A DNA stretch of 64,000 bases from Leptolyngbyaceae cyanobacterium (GCA_965263355.1 CBDHHL010000032.1:2592001-2656000); one strand, 5' to 3'. Positions 18,563-27,726 are shown, counted from the first letter of the stretch. Translations and numbers: made by a program. The notes: a model not told the origin generated them from the sequence alone.

Positions 18563-20343
18563 CAAGCATTTTGTGTGTCTGACAACAAACTACCTGCAAC
18601 TTTTGTTGGAATAAGCGTAGGATAAAAAACCATTTGAAAGGAATTTTTGATCAGCTCAACCAGTTGCTTGTCAGCTATTGATAAATTCTTAAATTCTTTT
18701 GCAGACAGTTGCAAACCATGTGCGTGTAAGAATTCAACTAATTTATCGACTTCAAAAGTGAATTCATTTGCTAAGCTTAAATACTGAGTAAAATAAAAAC
18801 CTATCATTCCTAAGGTTATACCTCTTATTAAATCAGTTGTTGAACTATTTTTACGCTCTGCAAGGCGGGTCAATTGTTCTGATATGCTATCTAGCTTTTT
18901 CTTGATCTCAGAATTTTGCAGGGACAGTTCGATAATTCCATCCTTTAATTCATCACTTAAGCAGTATACTTCTTCAATATCCTTTTTTCTCGCTAATTCG
19001 TGATACTTTCGGTTTATTCTCATAGAGAGCAATTCGCTCGCTATATCCTCATTAACAAAGTACATAGCCTTTTCATCACGCCAATTATTGCCGTCCAATG
19101 CGTGAAATTGAATGAAATAAGGAAGATCTTTGAAAGAAATCTCAACTGGAACACAAAATGTCCATCCATTAAATGGTTCTGCCATCGGCTTATAGGCTAT
19201 TTTGTCGGTTTCAAGGCAAAGTTTCTGTGCATATTTAACCGCATGGACAGGTGACTTATTAGAAAAGCCAACATAAATATGTTCTTCAAACAATTGATTG
19301 ATCAGCTTGGCTTTATTTTCCTGTTTAACAATTAATACCTCTGCATCAATAAGTGGAGTCTCTGTTTGAAGGGCTAGGATTTCAGTAGTTAATTTTGCAA
19401 GACTCACATTATCAATAGTGACATGGGTCGCGACAGCTACGTATGAAGGAATTCTAGGTGCATTTCTTCCAAGTATTCTGTTGAAGAAGGTTATTTTAGA
19501 ATTGGTAGTGACCTTTGATAACTTTGACTCAACTATTTGCTTGACTTCTTCTTTTTCAATGTCAAGATTATTTCTATTTACTATTATTGGATTATTGTTA
19601 TTGAACTTGATATGTTTGGGTATGTCCACGTCTGAAGGGATTTCAGCCAGCCATGCCTTACCAACTCTTGCTGGAAGAGTACTAAGACACTGTTGAGATT
19701 TCTCCCATCTACTATTTAATTGTGCAATAGAATTTAAAGAAACTAAGAGTGGAATGTCAGGCCATTGTGCTAGAAGTTTACTAGCTTTAAGCGTTTTAAG
19801 TTGTTCTATAGTTTTTCCTGCTTGCTCTTTAGCCTCACTAGCCCATTTCGAATTAGCAAATGTTCTATTGATATTAATGATTTCTGAAACACCTTTTGCT
19901 CCTAGTGCAGCTATAAATCCAATAGGACCTGTAGTAAAAAGTAGTCCAGCAGCAAAGACTGCACCAGAAACATTAGCCACTATTGCTTGGTCAGCAGTAT
20001 TTTTCTGAGAATCTAGAGCTTCTACAGTAGGATGATAATTACCCAACTTTGCCACTTGCTGAGAGAGACTCCCAGATTTAAGCCTAGAACGAATGTTGCC
20101 AAACATGTTGAACTGATGTACTATAGCTCCTCCTATTAAAGCAACCCATCGCTTAGACTCACCTAATCCATTTTGAATTGTTTGAAGCGCCGTAATAAGT
20201 TGGTCAAGATCCTGGTAAGTAACAGCTTCATGTAGCCCACTTTCCTTAAGTTGTTGCAAAATGCCAACAACTTCTTTGTCCTGAAACTCTTTTATTAACA
20301 ACTGTTCAATTTTATTTGACTTAGCTACAGCCTCTAAGCTCAT
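18550..20343 (-). CDS. Hypothetical 597-aa protein (coiled-coil and Gly-rich hydrophobic segments)
   Basis: Long AT-rich ORF in a cassette; no family recognised; last residues come from the MITE. Confidence 0.7.
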   Translation of the reverse strand: MSLEAVAKSNKIEQLLIKEFQDKEVVGILQQLKESGLHEAVTYQDLDQLITALQTIQNGLGESKRWVALIGGAIVHQFNMFGNIRSRLKSGSLSQQVAKLGNYHPTVEALDSQKNTADQAIVANVSGAVFAAGLLFTTGPIGFIAALGAKGVSEIININRTFANSKWASEAKEQAGKTIEQLKTLKASKLLAQWPDIPLLVSLNSIAQLNSRWEKSQQCLSTLPARVGKAWLAEIPSDVDIPKHIKFNNNNPIIVNRNNLDIEKEEVKQIVESKLSKVTTNSKITFFNRILGRNAPRIPSYVAVATHVTIDNVSLAKLTTEILALQTETPLIDAEVLIVKQENKAKLINQLFEEHIYVGFSNKSPVHAVKYAQKLCLETDKIAYKPMAEPFNGWTFCVPVEISFKDLPYFIQFHALDGNNWRDEKAMYFVNEDIASELLSMRINRKYHELARKKDIEEVYCLSDELKDGIIELSLQNSEIKKKLDSISEQLTRLAERKNSSTTDLIRGITLGMIGFYFTQYLSLANEFTFEVDKLVEFLHAHGLQLSAKEFKNLSIADKQLVELIKNSFQMVFYPTLIPTKVAGSLLSDTQNAWGVT

Positions 20344-20579
20344 TATCCCAAGATCCCCAATAAAAGAATAGAAATTGAGTAGACGGTATCCTAATCAAAT
20401 GACCAATTTTGACTTCTAAAAAGTTAAACCCTAAAGAAATAGTTCCTCTCATTTGAAGACAAACTTGTGACAGATACCTTGGAGTTCAATTCAAGTCTAA
20501 GATCGAATCCTACGAAAAATCTTTATAGAACTTAATATTTTTGTTTTAAGCTTGGAGAGATTAATACTCAAAATTGTCT

Positions 20580-20665
20580 GTCTAACGTTGCTGTTCAGCG
20601 GCTGGCAACAAAATATAACTCCTTCCAATAACTCATGTCAGTCCGCTGAAACAGACTTGTTAGGC
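20580..20665 (-). repeat. attC site (most canonical copy)
   Basis: GTCTAAC GTTGCT GTTCAGCGGCTGGCA...TGTCAGTCCGCTGAAAC AGACTT GTTAGGC; RYYYAAC/GTTRRRY ends and two unpaired bases in one arm. Confidence 0.92.
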
Positions 20666-20682
20666 TAAAGTGTCGATCTAAG

Positions 20683-21789
20683 CTATGGTGCTCCTCTTCG
20701 CCCTTCGTTTCTTCCAAATTCCAAATAGTGTGCAATTGCCCCCATGTAATTATTTGCTCCATAGACATTAGCTACATCAGGATTATTTGATAAATAAAAA
20801 CGCGGATCAAACTCAGATGAGCCTTGACGCCCTTCAGACACACCGTGTCTTAACCAATGATCTACAGCTGCAGAATAGTTCGTTGAGCCAAAAGCTCGTT
20901 GCAAATCAGAATACTTACCTAAGTAATATCTGACATCAAATACAATAGAGCTTCTTCGCCCTTCAGACACACCGTGTCTTAACCAATGATCTACAGCTGC
21001 AGAATAGTTCGTTGAGCCAAAAGCTCGTTGCAAATCAGCATGCTGACCTAAATAATATCCAACATCAAATGCAGGAGAACTTCTTCGCCCTTCTCCAACA
21101 CCGTGCCTTAACCAATGATTTCTAGCAGCATCAAGATCATTTCCAAAAGCATTCCTTAGATCACCATAAGTCATGAGATAGAACTCAGGCTCAAGAACAG
21201 GTGAGCTTGAAGATTGAGATGCTGTAGATGATGGATTACCTACAACATTTCTTCCAATTCGGACATACATTTGATACGTGTTTGGAGTAGGTACACAAAT
21301 TCCAAACTCACATTCAGTTCTATTATATGTAGCTCTTCCTACTTGCATCTCTATACCTGAAATAGATAAGCCAACTCGTTTACCATCAAAAGAAGCATCC
21401 ATCGATTCCAAAAAACGAGTCAGTGTTAATACATTTGCAAGCTCGTCTGCAATATCTGGAGCCTTCCTCCTCACTTCTGCATCTAAATCTCGAAGCGCTC
21501 TACGCCCAAAGTTTGCAAGATAAACTGAAGTGAAACCACCGCTTCCACCACTAAAGTCTGCTGCCAATGCAGCAGCAAGTTTCAACATTTCTTGATGACT
21601 AAATTCTGTTGTGTAAAGAACAACATAGCCATCTTCCAAACTGCTTCTAACTTCTGGTTTATTTGTGCGATGTGCTGCATACGCTATTTGGGGGGAAGAA
21701 ATGATTCCAGCTGCAGACACACTACAAGAGACCAATACTAATGATAGAAACCTCTTAACACTTGGTTTTATACTCAAAGTTGAAAACAT
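20683..21789 (-). CDS. Secreted protein with four C-terminal repeats (FD..YYL....DL..AFG......HWL.HG..EGR)
   Basis: Signal peptide ending AYA; near-identical DNA repeats at about 20820-21120. Confidence 0.75.
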   Translation of the reverse strand: MFSTLSIKPSVKRFLSLVLVSCSVSAAGIISSPQIAYAAHRTNKPEVRSSLEDGYVVLYTTEFSHQEMLKLAAALAADFSGGSGGFTSVYLANFGRRALRDLDAEVRRKAPDIADELANVLTLTRFLESMDASFDGKRVGLSISGIEMQVGRATYNRTECEFGICVPTPNTYQMYVRIGRNVVGNPSSTASQSSSSPVLEPEFYLMTYGDLRNAFGNDLDAARNHWLRHGVGEGRRSSPAFDVGYYLGQHADLQRAFGSTNYSAAVDHWLRHGVSEGRRSSIVFDVRYYLGKYSDLQRAFGSTNYSAAVDHWLRHGVSEGRQGSSEFDPRFYLSNNPDVANVYGANNYMGAIAHYLEFGRNEGRRGAP

Positions 21790-21874
21790 ACAAGGCCTCC
21801 AAGATTATCAGAAAAATAAGTAGTTGACCATCGCTATCTGTTGTAAATCTAGCTAGAGGTTGCATTGGTTTTCA

Positions 21875-21888
21875 TTGACTTGGGTTAA
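21875..21888. promoter_or_regulatory. FNR/Crp-type box
   Basis: TTGAC-TTGG-GTTAA overlapping the Crp stop, about 85 nt upstream of the secreted-protein gene. Confidence 0.5.
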
Positions 21889-22466
21889 GAACCCTTTCTT
21901 TGGTAGATTCGTCTCTTCAAACGGCTAAGGGACTCTGGCTTAATCCCAAGATATGAGGCTAAATGATAATTAGAAACTCGATCAATGATTTCAGGCTCAC
22001 TGTTAAAGAGCTTACAGTAACGTTCTTCAGGGGTATCCATATAGAGAGAAGTTAATTTGTCCCGCATCTTGGAGGCAAATCCTTCAGCGTGAAGCCTCAA
22101 AAATTTCTGACCGTTTGGAATCTCTTCGATAAATTTCATCGCTCGATGATTAAACAAGAGAATCTTAGAGTTCTCGATCGCTTCACAAGAAAATTGAGAA
22201 GGCTCTTGATTTAGAAAACTCCTGTAATCACCAAAGCTTTCGTGCTCGAGATGAAAGGAAAGGGTACACTCTCGGTCATCATTAAATAGAAAAATTCTGA
22301 CACAACCTTCTAGAGTAAAGCCAATAAATTTGCAGATATCTCCTTCCTGGAACAGAAAGTCACCCTTTTTAACTTCTACACACTCTAGGAATGAATCAAA
22401 AAGTGTAGGGTCAATTTTGAATTCGGGAAAGACTTTCAGAACAAATGTATAAAATGGCTCATACAT
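21885..22466 (-). CDS. Crp/Fnr-family regulator
   Basis: cNMP-binding barrel (KKGDFLFQEGD) and HTH HLASYLGIKPESLSRLK. Confidence 0.9.
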   Translation of the reverse strand: MYEPFYTFVLKVFPEFKIDPTLFDSFLECVEVKKGDFLFQEGDICKFIGFTLEGCVRIFLFNDDRECTLSFHLEHESFGDYRSFLNQEPSQFSCEAIENSKILLFNHRAMKFIEEIPNGQKFLRLHAEGFASKMRDKLTSLYMDTPEERYCKLFNSEPEIIDRVSNYHLASYLGIKPESLSRLKRRIYQRKGS

Positions 22467-22555
22467 CTATCTGCACCTCTAATTTTTTTACGTCGACTTA
22501 GCCAATATAAATCAATGAGTAATGCTGATTAATCGTCTCACTGGAAAAGTTAGCG

Positions 22556-24916
22556 GTCGGGTAAAGGGATAGGTTTTACATATAGCCTCCCCCCTCCCCT
22601 CAGAACCGTGCGTACAACTTTCACTGTACACGGCTCAAGCAACGTCGATAGCTCAGCGATGCATTTGTTGATGGCAGACTCGGTGGAGTGCCATCAGATT
22701 GGACGCATGATTCGTCCCACCTAGGTGACGTGGCTGCTTGTGATGAATGTGGATGGGCTCTCCATTGAATAGGGATTGCCCACACAATAGACATTGCCCT
22801 TGTTGCCAGCGGATAATCCGCTGAGCAGATTTGGGATAATCCCCCAGGTGCCTGGACTGTTTGCCCCGTAGAGCAAAATACCCCTGACACTCTGGGTCAT
22901 CTGGGCTAGCCTGCCCTCGAATGAGGACATGCCGTCGAATCCGGGTAGAGCCGATGCGATAAAGCACCATGCCTGTATTGGGGTCGATAAAACACCATCG
23001 GCACCCTGGATAAGCGGGATGCTCTCCCCAGTATCGTCCCTTTCGCCACGTATAGGACTTGTTGGGATGGGTTTTCGTTGCCCAGCGTTGGAGTTTCCAG
23101 AAGAGATAAGTTTCTAGTTTCTGGAAAACCTTTGAGCTGACCACGCCTCGATAGTAATTGGCCCATCCCCGCAAGATGGGGTTGAGCACCGTGATTACTG
23201 CCGTTGCATTACAGCCATGAAGCCGCTTAAACGTGTGCCGTAGTTTCTCACGAAATCTAGCCACACTTTGCTTGGCAGGTCTGATCAGCAGCTTCCACCC
23301 CGTCTGGGTGTTGCGGCTTGGGTAGTGACGAACCATGAACCCCAGAAAATCAAATCCTTCCGATAGATGCACCACCTGAGTTTTCTCATCAGATAGCTGC
23401 AGTCCTCTCAAGCTGAGGAAACGTTGAAGGTCGATTCGGGTTTGGTCTGCTTCTGCTTTGCTCTCACAAAAGACAACAAAGTCATCGGCATATCGCACCA
23501 CTGCCCGTGTTACATTCTTTTTGATATAGCCTTGGGCATATCGAGTAATGCCCAGTGCCGCTTCCATGCCATGTAGTGCAATATTCGCTAACAGCGGTGA
23601 GATGACACCACCTTGGGGCGTGCCAGCATCAGTCGAATGAAAGACGCCATCTTCTAGGTAGCCTGCCCTGAGCCAGTCGGCAATTAATCCACGAGCGGGA
23701 AAGTTACCAATCTGGCGGAGTAGGAACCGATGATTGATGGCGTCAAAACATCCAGCAATATCGGCATCGACCACCCACTTTTTGCGATTCTTTGCATGAG
23801 CATTGACATAGATACGAGCAATGGCATCATGGGCGCTGCGACCGGGTCTAAACCCATAACTGGTTGGCTCAAATTGAGCTTCCCAGCACGGTTCTAACGC
23901 CGCTTTGACCATCGCTTGTAAACATCGGTCCGTAATCGTGGGAATTCCCAAAGGACGACGTTTACCATTACTCTTCGGAATGTACACCCGTCTGACTGCC
24001 AAGGGTTTCCAAGGAATCGTTTGCTTCAGCTGATCCACTAGGGCTGCTTTAGCGGGGCCTGTTTTCACAAGCACCTTATCGATTCCTGGAGTGGCCTTGC
24101 CAGCGTTCAGTTGAGTCACCCGTCGTACCGCTAGCAGTACATTTGAGTAACTCTTGAGTAGTAATCGTTGGAGATTCCTGACTCGCTTCCAATCATGCTG
24201 TCGCGTCGCTCGGAAGATGCGTTGTCTCAGATTCTTCACCACTCGATGGGCTTTGCGCCAGTTGGCATCCTGCCAATCGGTGATGCGCTGGGTTACGTTT
24301 GCAACACAAGTCTGCACCTAACTTTTTCCTCAGCGTTTAGTCTCGTCTCAACGTCTCTTACTGGACCTCACCTGTCCCACGTCTGCGCCCTTTCGGGTTA
24401 GGCATTTGCCCTATCCGTCACGTTATGAATTCCGTTTGCCTTTCGGCGGACGGCTTTCGCGTCTTGGGACATCCTGTTCCCGCTAGAGACTTCGGCTTCC
24501 GTTACCGTCGGCTTACCTGAAAATGAAAATTCCCAGGACTCTATCGGGGTTTCCTCGTTCCGCACGGGGAGGAGATATGATTGCCTTAGGACTCCTCTGT
24601 ACTCCGGGAGCGGGGTGTTCTCAGTTGGTATTTAGACGCTACCAACTCCCATCTGCTCCAAAATTCTCGTATCAGCCATTTCGAGAACTCTAAATTAACG
24701 AAGCCTCATCAAGGATTCACTTGCGTTATCCTTAGCAATCTTGCCCTAGCCTGCACCCTCTTGTTGGCTCAGAAGATGCTTCGACAGTTAACCTCGTCTG
24801 CTGATGCTGCCCTCCCATTACTGGTTGAACATTCCGAGGCGGACATCCGCCTGAACACTGGCGGGGAGAGACGTTTGGGAGTCTCTCCAACTCCCCCGAA
24901 CGACTTCGAGTCGCGC
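22556..24916 (-). mobile_element. Group II intron (probably chloroplast-like/IIB class), full length
   Basis: 5' end GCGCGACTCG; domain V GAGCCGTGTACAGTGAAAGTTGTACGCACGGTTC (22603-22636); domain VI ending CCCGAC; RT ORF inside. Confidence 0.9.
22653..24317 (-). CDS. ltrA: Group II intron reverse transcriptase/maturase with HNH endonuclease
   Basis: RPLGIPT, GFRPGRS, GTPQGGVISPLLANI, YADD, GWANYY; C-terminal CLLC..HH..GG...NL..H..CH. Confidence 0.95.
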   Translation of the reverse strand: MQTCVANVTQRITDWQDANWRKAHRVVKNLRQRIFRATRQHDWKRVRNLQRLLLKSYSNVLLAVRRVTQLNAGKATPGIDKVLVKTGPAKAALVDQLKQTIPWKPLAVRRVYIPKSNGKRRPLGIPTITDRCLQAMVKAALEPCWEAQFEPTSYGFRPGRSAHDAIARIYVNAHAKNRKKWVVDADIAGCFDAINHRFLLRQIGNFPARGLIADWLRAGYLEDGVFHSTDAGTPQGGVISPLLANIALHGMEAALGITRYAQGYIKKNVTRAVVRYADDFVVFCESKAEADQTRIDLQRFLSLRGLQLSDEKTQVVHLSEGFDFLGFMVRHYPSRNTQTGWKLLIRPAKQSVARFREKLRHTFKRLHGCNATAVITVLNPILRGWANYYRGVVSSKVFQKLETYLFWKLQRWATKTHPNKSYTWRKGRYWGEHPAYPGCRWCFIDPNTGMVLYRIGSTRIRRHVLIRGQASPDDPECQGYFALRGKQSRHLGDYPKSAQRIIRWQQGQCLLCGQSLFNGEPIHIHHKQPRHLGGTNHASNLMALHRVCHQQMHR

Positions 24917-25065
24917 GCTAACTATGAGTTATCCAGACTTAGTCTGGATAAATACCTTCCAGCCGGAGTTATCCAGAAACTTTCTGGATAAACACCTTAT
25001 AAGCAATTAACCCAGAAACTTTCTGGATAATACCCCCAGAGTCGGAGTTATCCAGAAAGCTTTAA
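24917..25065 (-). repeat. Candidate attI-like head site with 3.5 copies of a 23-bp palindrome
   Basis: GGATAA-CTCATA-GTTAGC simple site plus TTATCCAGAAACTTTCTGGATAA-like units at 24929, 24969, 25008 and 25048 (half), period 39-40 bp; repeats seen directly, attI role inferred. Confidence 0.5.
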
Positions 25066-25518
25066 CCTCGCTTTAATAGTTCAAATAAACTATTGAGCCA
25101 TCTACCAAGACTGATCGTGAGTGTGATGCCTTAGGGGGGCGCTAAGACTATCCTTGTTCGATGGGGTCAATATCTACCGTTTTTGACGGTTAAACCAGTG
25201 AAATGAGCATTTTTCCGGCCAGAAGCATCTCCTCAGTGCCTTGATAACAGCGTGATACAGCCCATTGCTAGCTTGACGAAAGCCTAACCCCCGGTCTAAA
25301 GTAACCCAATGCTGCAAGTGCAGCTGTTCTACTAGAACCTAATAACTTGGCACCATCGGCAGGTGCTGACAACACCTAACCGATGGCTGACCCGCGGATT
25401 CCAGAGCAATCCTTGGGATGGGCTTATTATGCCTCAGCCCCTGCGATTTGCCATACATCGCGGGGGCTGAGCTGTTGGGTTCTGGCTTTCCTTGTCGTTT
25501 CTCTGGAGAACCAGAACC

Positions 25519-25758
25519 ATGTTTCAAGACCCAACCCAGGGCGCATCAGCGCTCACCCGTCAGCCTGACCCGCTGCCAGAATCCTCCTACGAAATGGGAC
25601 GACATCTGCTGCTGGGCAGTTTGACCTTTGTGCAGACCACCATCAAGCTGTTGCATAAGCTCAACTATACTGAGCCCAACGACTGGAGTCGTCCACTACC
25701 CACCGGGCGACCCAATGAGGTGATGGCGATTTTGACTAAAAAAGTGAAGATTAGTTAG
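25519..25758 (+). CDS. Small cyanobacterial hypothetical protein
   Basis: RHLLLGS...TIKLLHKLNYTEPNDWSRPLPTGRPNEVMAIL resembles a recurrent cyanobacterial small-protein family; start uncertain. Confidence 0.6.
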   Translation: MFQDPTQGASALTRQPDPLPESSYEMGRHLLLGSLTFVQTTIKLLHKLNYTEPNDWSRPLPTGRPNEVMAILTKKVKIS

Positions 25759-25764
25759 GGCGAT

Positions 25765-25824
25765 GCGATCGCATCCTGTCCAAAGAGGGTGCGATCGCAT
25801 CCTGTCCAAAGAGGGTGCGATCGC
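25765..25824. repeat. HIP1-bounded 26-bp tandem repeat
   Basis: (GCGATCGCATCCTGTCCAAAGAGGGT)x2 + GCGATCGC. Confidence 0.9.
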
Positions 25825-25872
25825 TCTTTTAAGATCCGAAAATTATGTAGCTTACTGGTAACTATACATGTC

Positions 25873-26155
25873 TTACACCAGTAGCCAACCAAACAACCCT
25901 TTAATCGTCAGCTGTAATTCACTGGCAAACGATGGTACAGAAACAATCTCATCTGGCTCATCCAACACTTCAAGCTCCTGCTTAGAACGATAAACAAACA
26001 CCGTTTGCTCACCTGGTCAATTACCAACCCACTGCAGTCCCATGCCGCAGACAGTGCAAAATAGTCTCCGTTACCTTTGTTTGGCTTTGATCAGAAGACA
26101 AAGTCTCAATGGTCCAATCAGGTAGGGTGCTAGTGCTAGCCCAAACTTGCGATCG
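25873..26155 (-). pseudogene. Uma2-family endonuclease, 3' fragment
   Basis: PDWTIETLSSDQSQTKV...LHCLRHG..GW* then, frameshifted, EQTVFVY...LFGWLLV*; 5' part lost near HIP1 at 26149. Confidence 0.75.
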
Positions 26156-26226
26156 CGCCTATTGATTGGACTATTGTTTTCGTTTCCAGGCAGGACAGAT
26201 TGCGCCTGAGCTACAATACGGCCAAA

Positions 26227-27726
26227 TTAACCTGTTATTGTCGATGGCTTCCGCACCATCCAAATCAATAGTAGCCCTGATAATGCTGCATAGCCTCCAT
26301 GTATAATCCCTGCTTGCAAGGCAATGCCCAGCGCATGGTGACCGGGAATCAACAGTTTCCCCAAAATATTAGCAACCCGATAATAGCTGGCATAACCAAT
26401 GCTGTAAGCCACTGGCCAAACTATAGCTCGATTACTTTGCGTCCTTAAGCAGAAATACTGTGAAAGCCCCAGCGTGGCTCCAAAACAAAAATTAGCCAAG
26501 AACAACGTGCCAAGCTGAACAAACACGATGTAAAGACAGAACCCAATGACTCCCCCCAACGCCCCAGGCAACAGCCACCGAAACTTGCCACCTAACGCAA
26601 GGATTTGGCCGAGTCCCCTAACTAAACCAATCAGAAGAATATTACTTACAAAAGGTAAGCCGCCGAAATAGGTAGATAGCAGCATCGTTATCACATAACC
26701 AATGCCCCAACGAACCCCCAACCAGCCTGGGCTGCGTCGTTGCTCTGCTTGAGCCAAGGTCTTGGGAGGTATGGTGTCAGAAATTACTGTTGCATCTGTT
26801 TGAGATAAGTCACTTTGAAGCCTGGTGGATTGACTCTCTGGCGACAACTCACTGTGTGGTTCAGATACACTGGGGTGAGGTGCTGTGTCTATATCCATCA
26901 AAGCTGTAAGGACTTCTGTTGCCGAGGGAAAACGCTGACTGAAGTGATCTTGCACCATCCTATTCAGAACCTCCGCCATGTCATCACTGACGTGAGGGGC
27001 ATAATCACGCCAGAGAACTTTACCTGTGTTTGGATCTTCTGGAAGTTGTTGGGGGGAAATGCCCGTTAGGGCCTGAAGTGCAATTATACCAACGGCATAA
27101 ACATCGCTGGAGAGCTTTGGCCGACCATTGGCCTGCTCGCTAGGCATATAACCTGATGTACCGATCGCGACTGTTACTTGGGTCTGCCCTTGGGCGTCAC
27201 GTTGAAGAACGTTGATTTCTTTGACAGCTCCAAAGTCAATCAAAACCAACTTACCATCGTTGTCTCGTCTACGGATGTTTTGAGGTTTTATATCACGATG
27301 GATGACGTTATGCTGATGGACAAAGGATAGCACCGAACATAGTTCTCTCATCAGTGTGAGCGTATGGGCTTCACTGAGCCGCTGGCCTAGTGGCAGTTCC
27401 TCGGCTAAATCATGCCCTGCAATATATTCCTGAACAAGATAGAATTGCCCCTGCTCTTCAAAGTGGGCATAAAGTTGAGGAATTTGATTATGCTGCTGTC
27501 CTAAGCTATACAGTACTTTGGCCTCTCGCTCAAATAGCTGCTTGGCGATGGCCATACCGGACTGATCGAGATATTTAGGACACAGGTGTTTGACAACTCG
27601 GTAGGGTGAGTCGGGAAGATCAATATCAGTGGCAAGATAGGTGTCACCAAAGGCACCACTGCCTAGTTGATTGATAATCTTATAGTGATTCCGAAGAATC
27701 TTACCAATAAAAATAAACTGAGTCAT
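26227..27726 (-). CDS. Ser/Thr protein kinase with C-terminal membrane domain
   Basis: LGSGAFG, VVK, HRDIKPQN, DFG and SDVYAVG motifs; several TM helices. Confidence 0.95.
   Translation of the reverse strand: MTQFIFIGKILRNHYKIINQLGSGAFGDTYLATDIDLPDSPYRVVKHLCPKYLDQSGMAIAKQLFEREAKVLYSLGQQHNQIPQLYAHFEEQGQFYLVQEYIAGHDLAEELPLGQRLSEAHTLTLMRELCSVLSFVHQHNVIHRDIKPQNIRRRDNDGKLVLIDFGAVKEINVLQRDAQGQTQVTVAIGTSGYMPSEQANGRPKLSSDVYAVGIIALQALTGISPQQLPEDPNTGKVLWRDYAPHVSDDMAEVLNRMVQDHFSQRFPSATEVLTALMDIDTAPHPSVSEPHSELSPESQSTRLQSDLSQTDATVISDTIPPKTLAQAEQRRSPGWLGVRWGIGYVITMLLSTYFGGLPFVSNILLIGLVRGLGQILALGGKFRWLLPGALGGVIGFCLYIVFVQLGTLFLANFCFGATLGLSQYFCLRTQSNRAIVWPVAYSIGYASYYRVANILGKLLIPGHHALGIALQAGIIHGGYAALSGLLLIWMVRKPSTITG

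Noticed and set aside
22653..24317. Retron, DGR or defence RT
   Set aside because: Has maturase and HNH domains and is flanked by clear intron domains V/VI
24929..25065. CRISPR array
   Set aside because: Only 3.5 units, spacers of about 16-17 nt that resemble one another, and no cas genes in the window
25066..26226. Integron integrase at the array head
   Set aside because: No tyrosine recombinase ORF or recognisable remnant; only a small ORF and a Uma2 fragment
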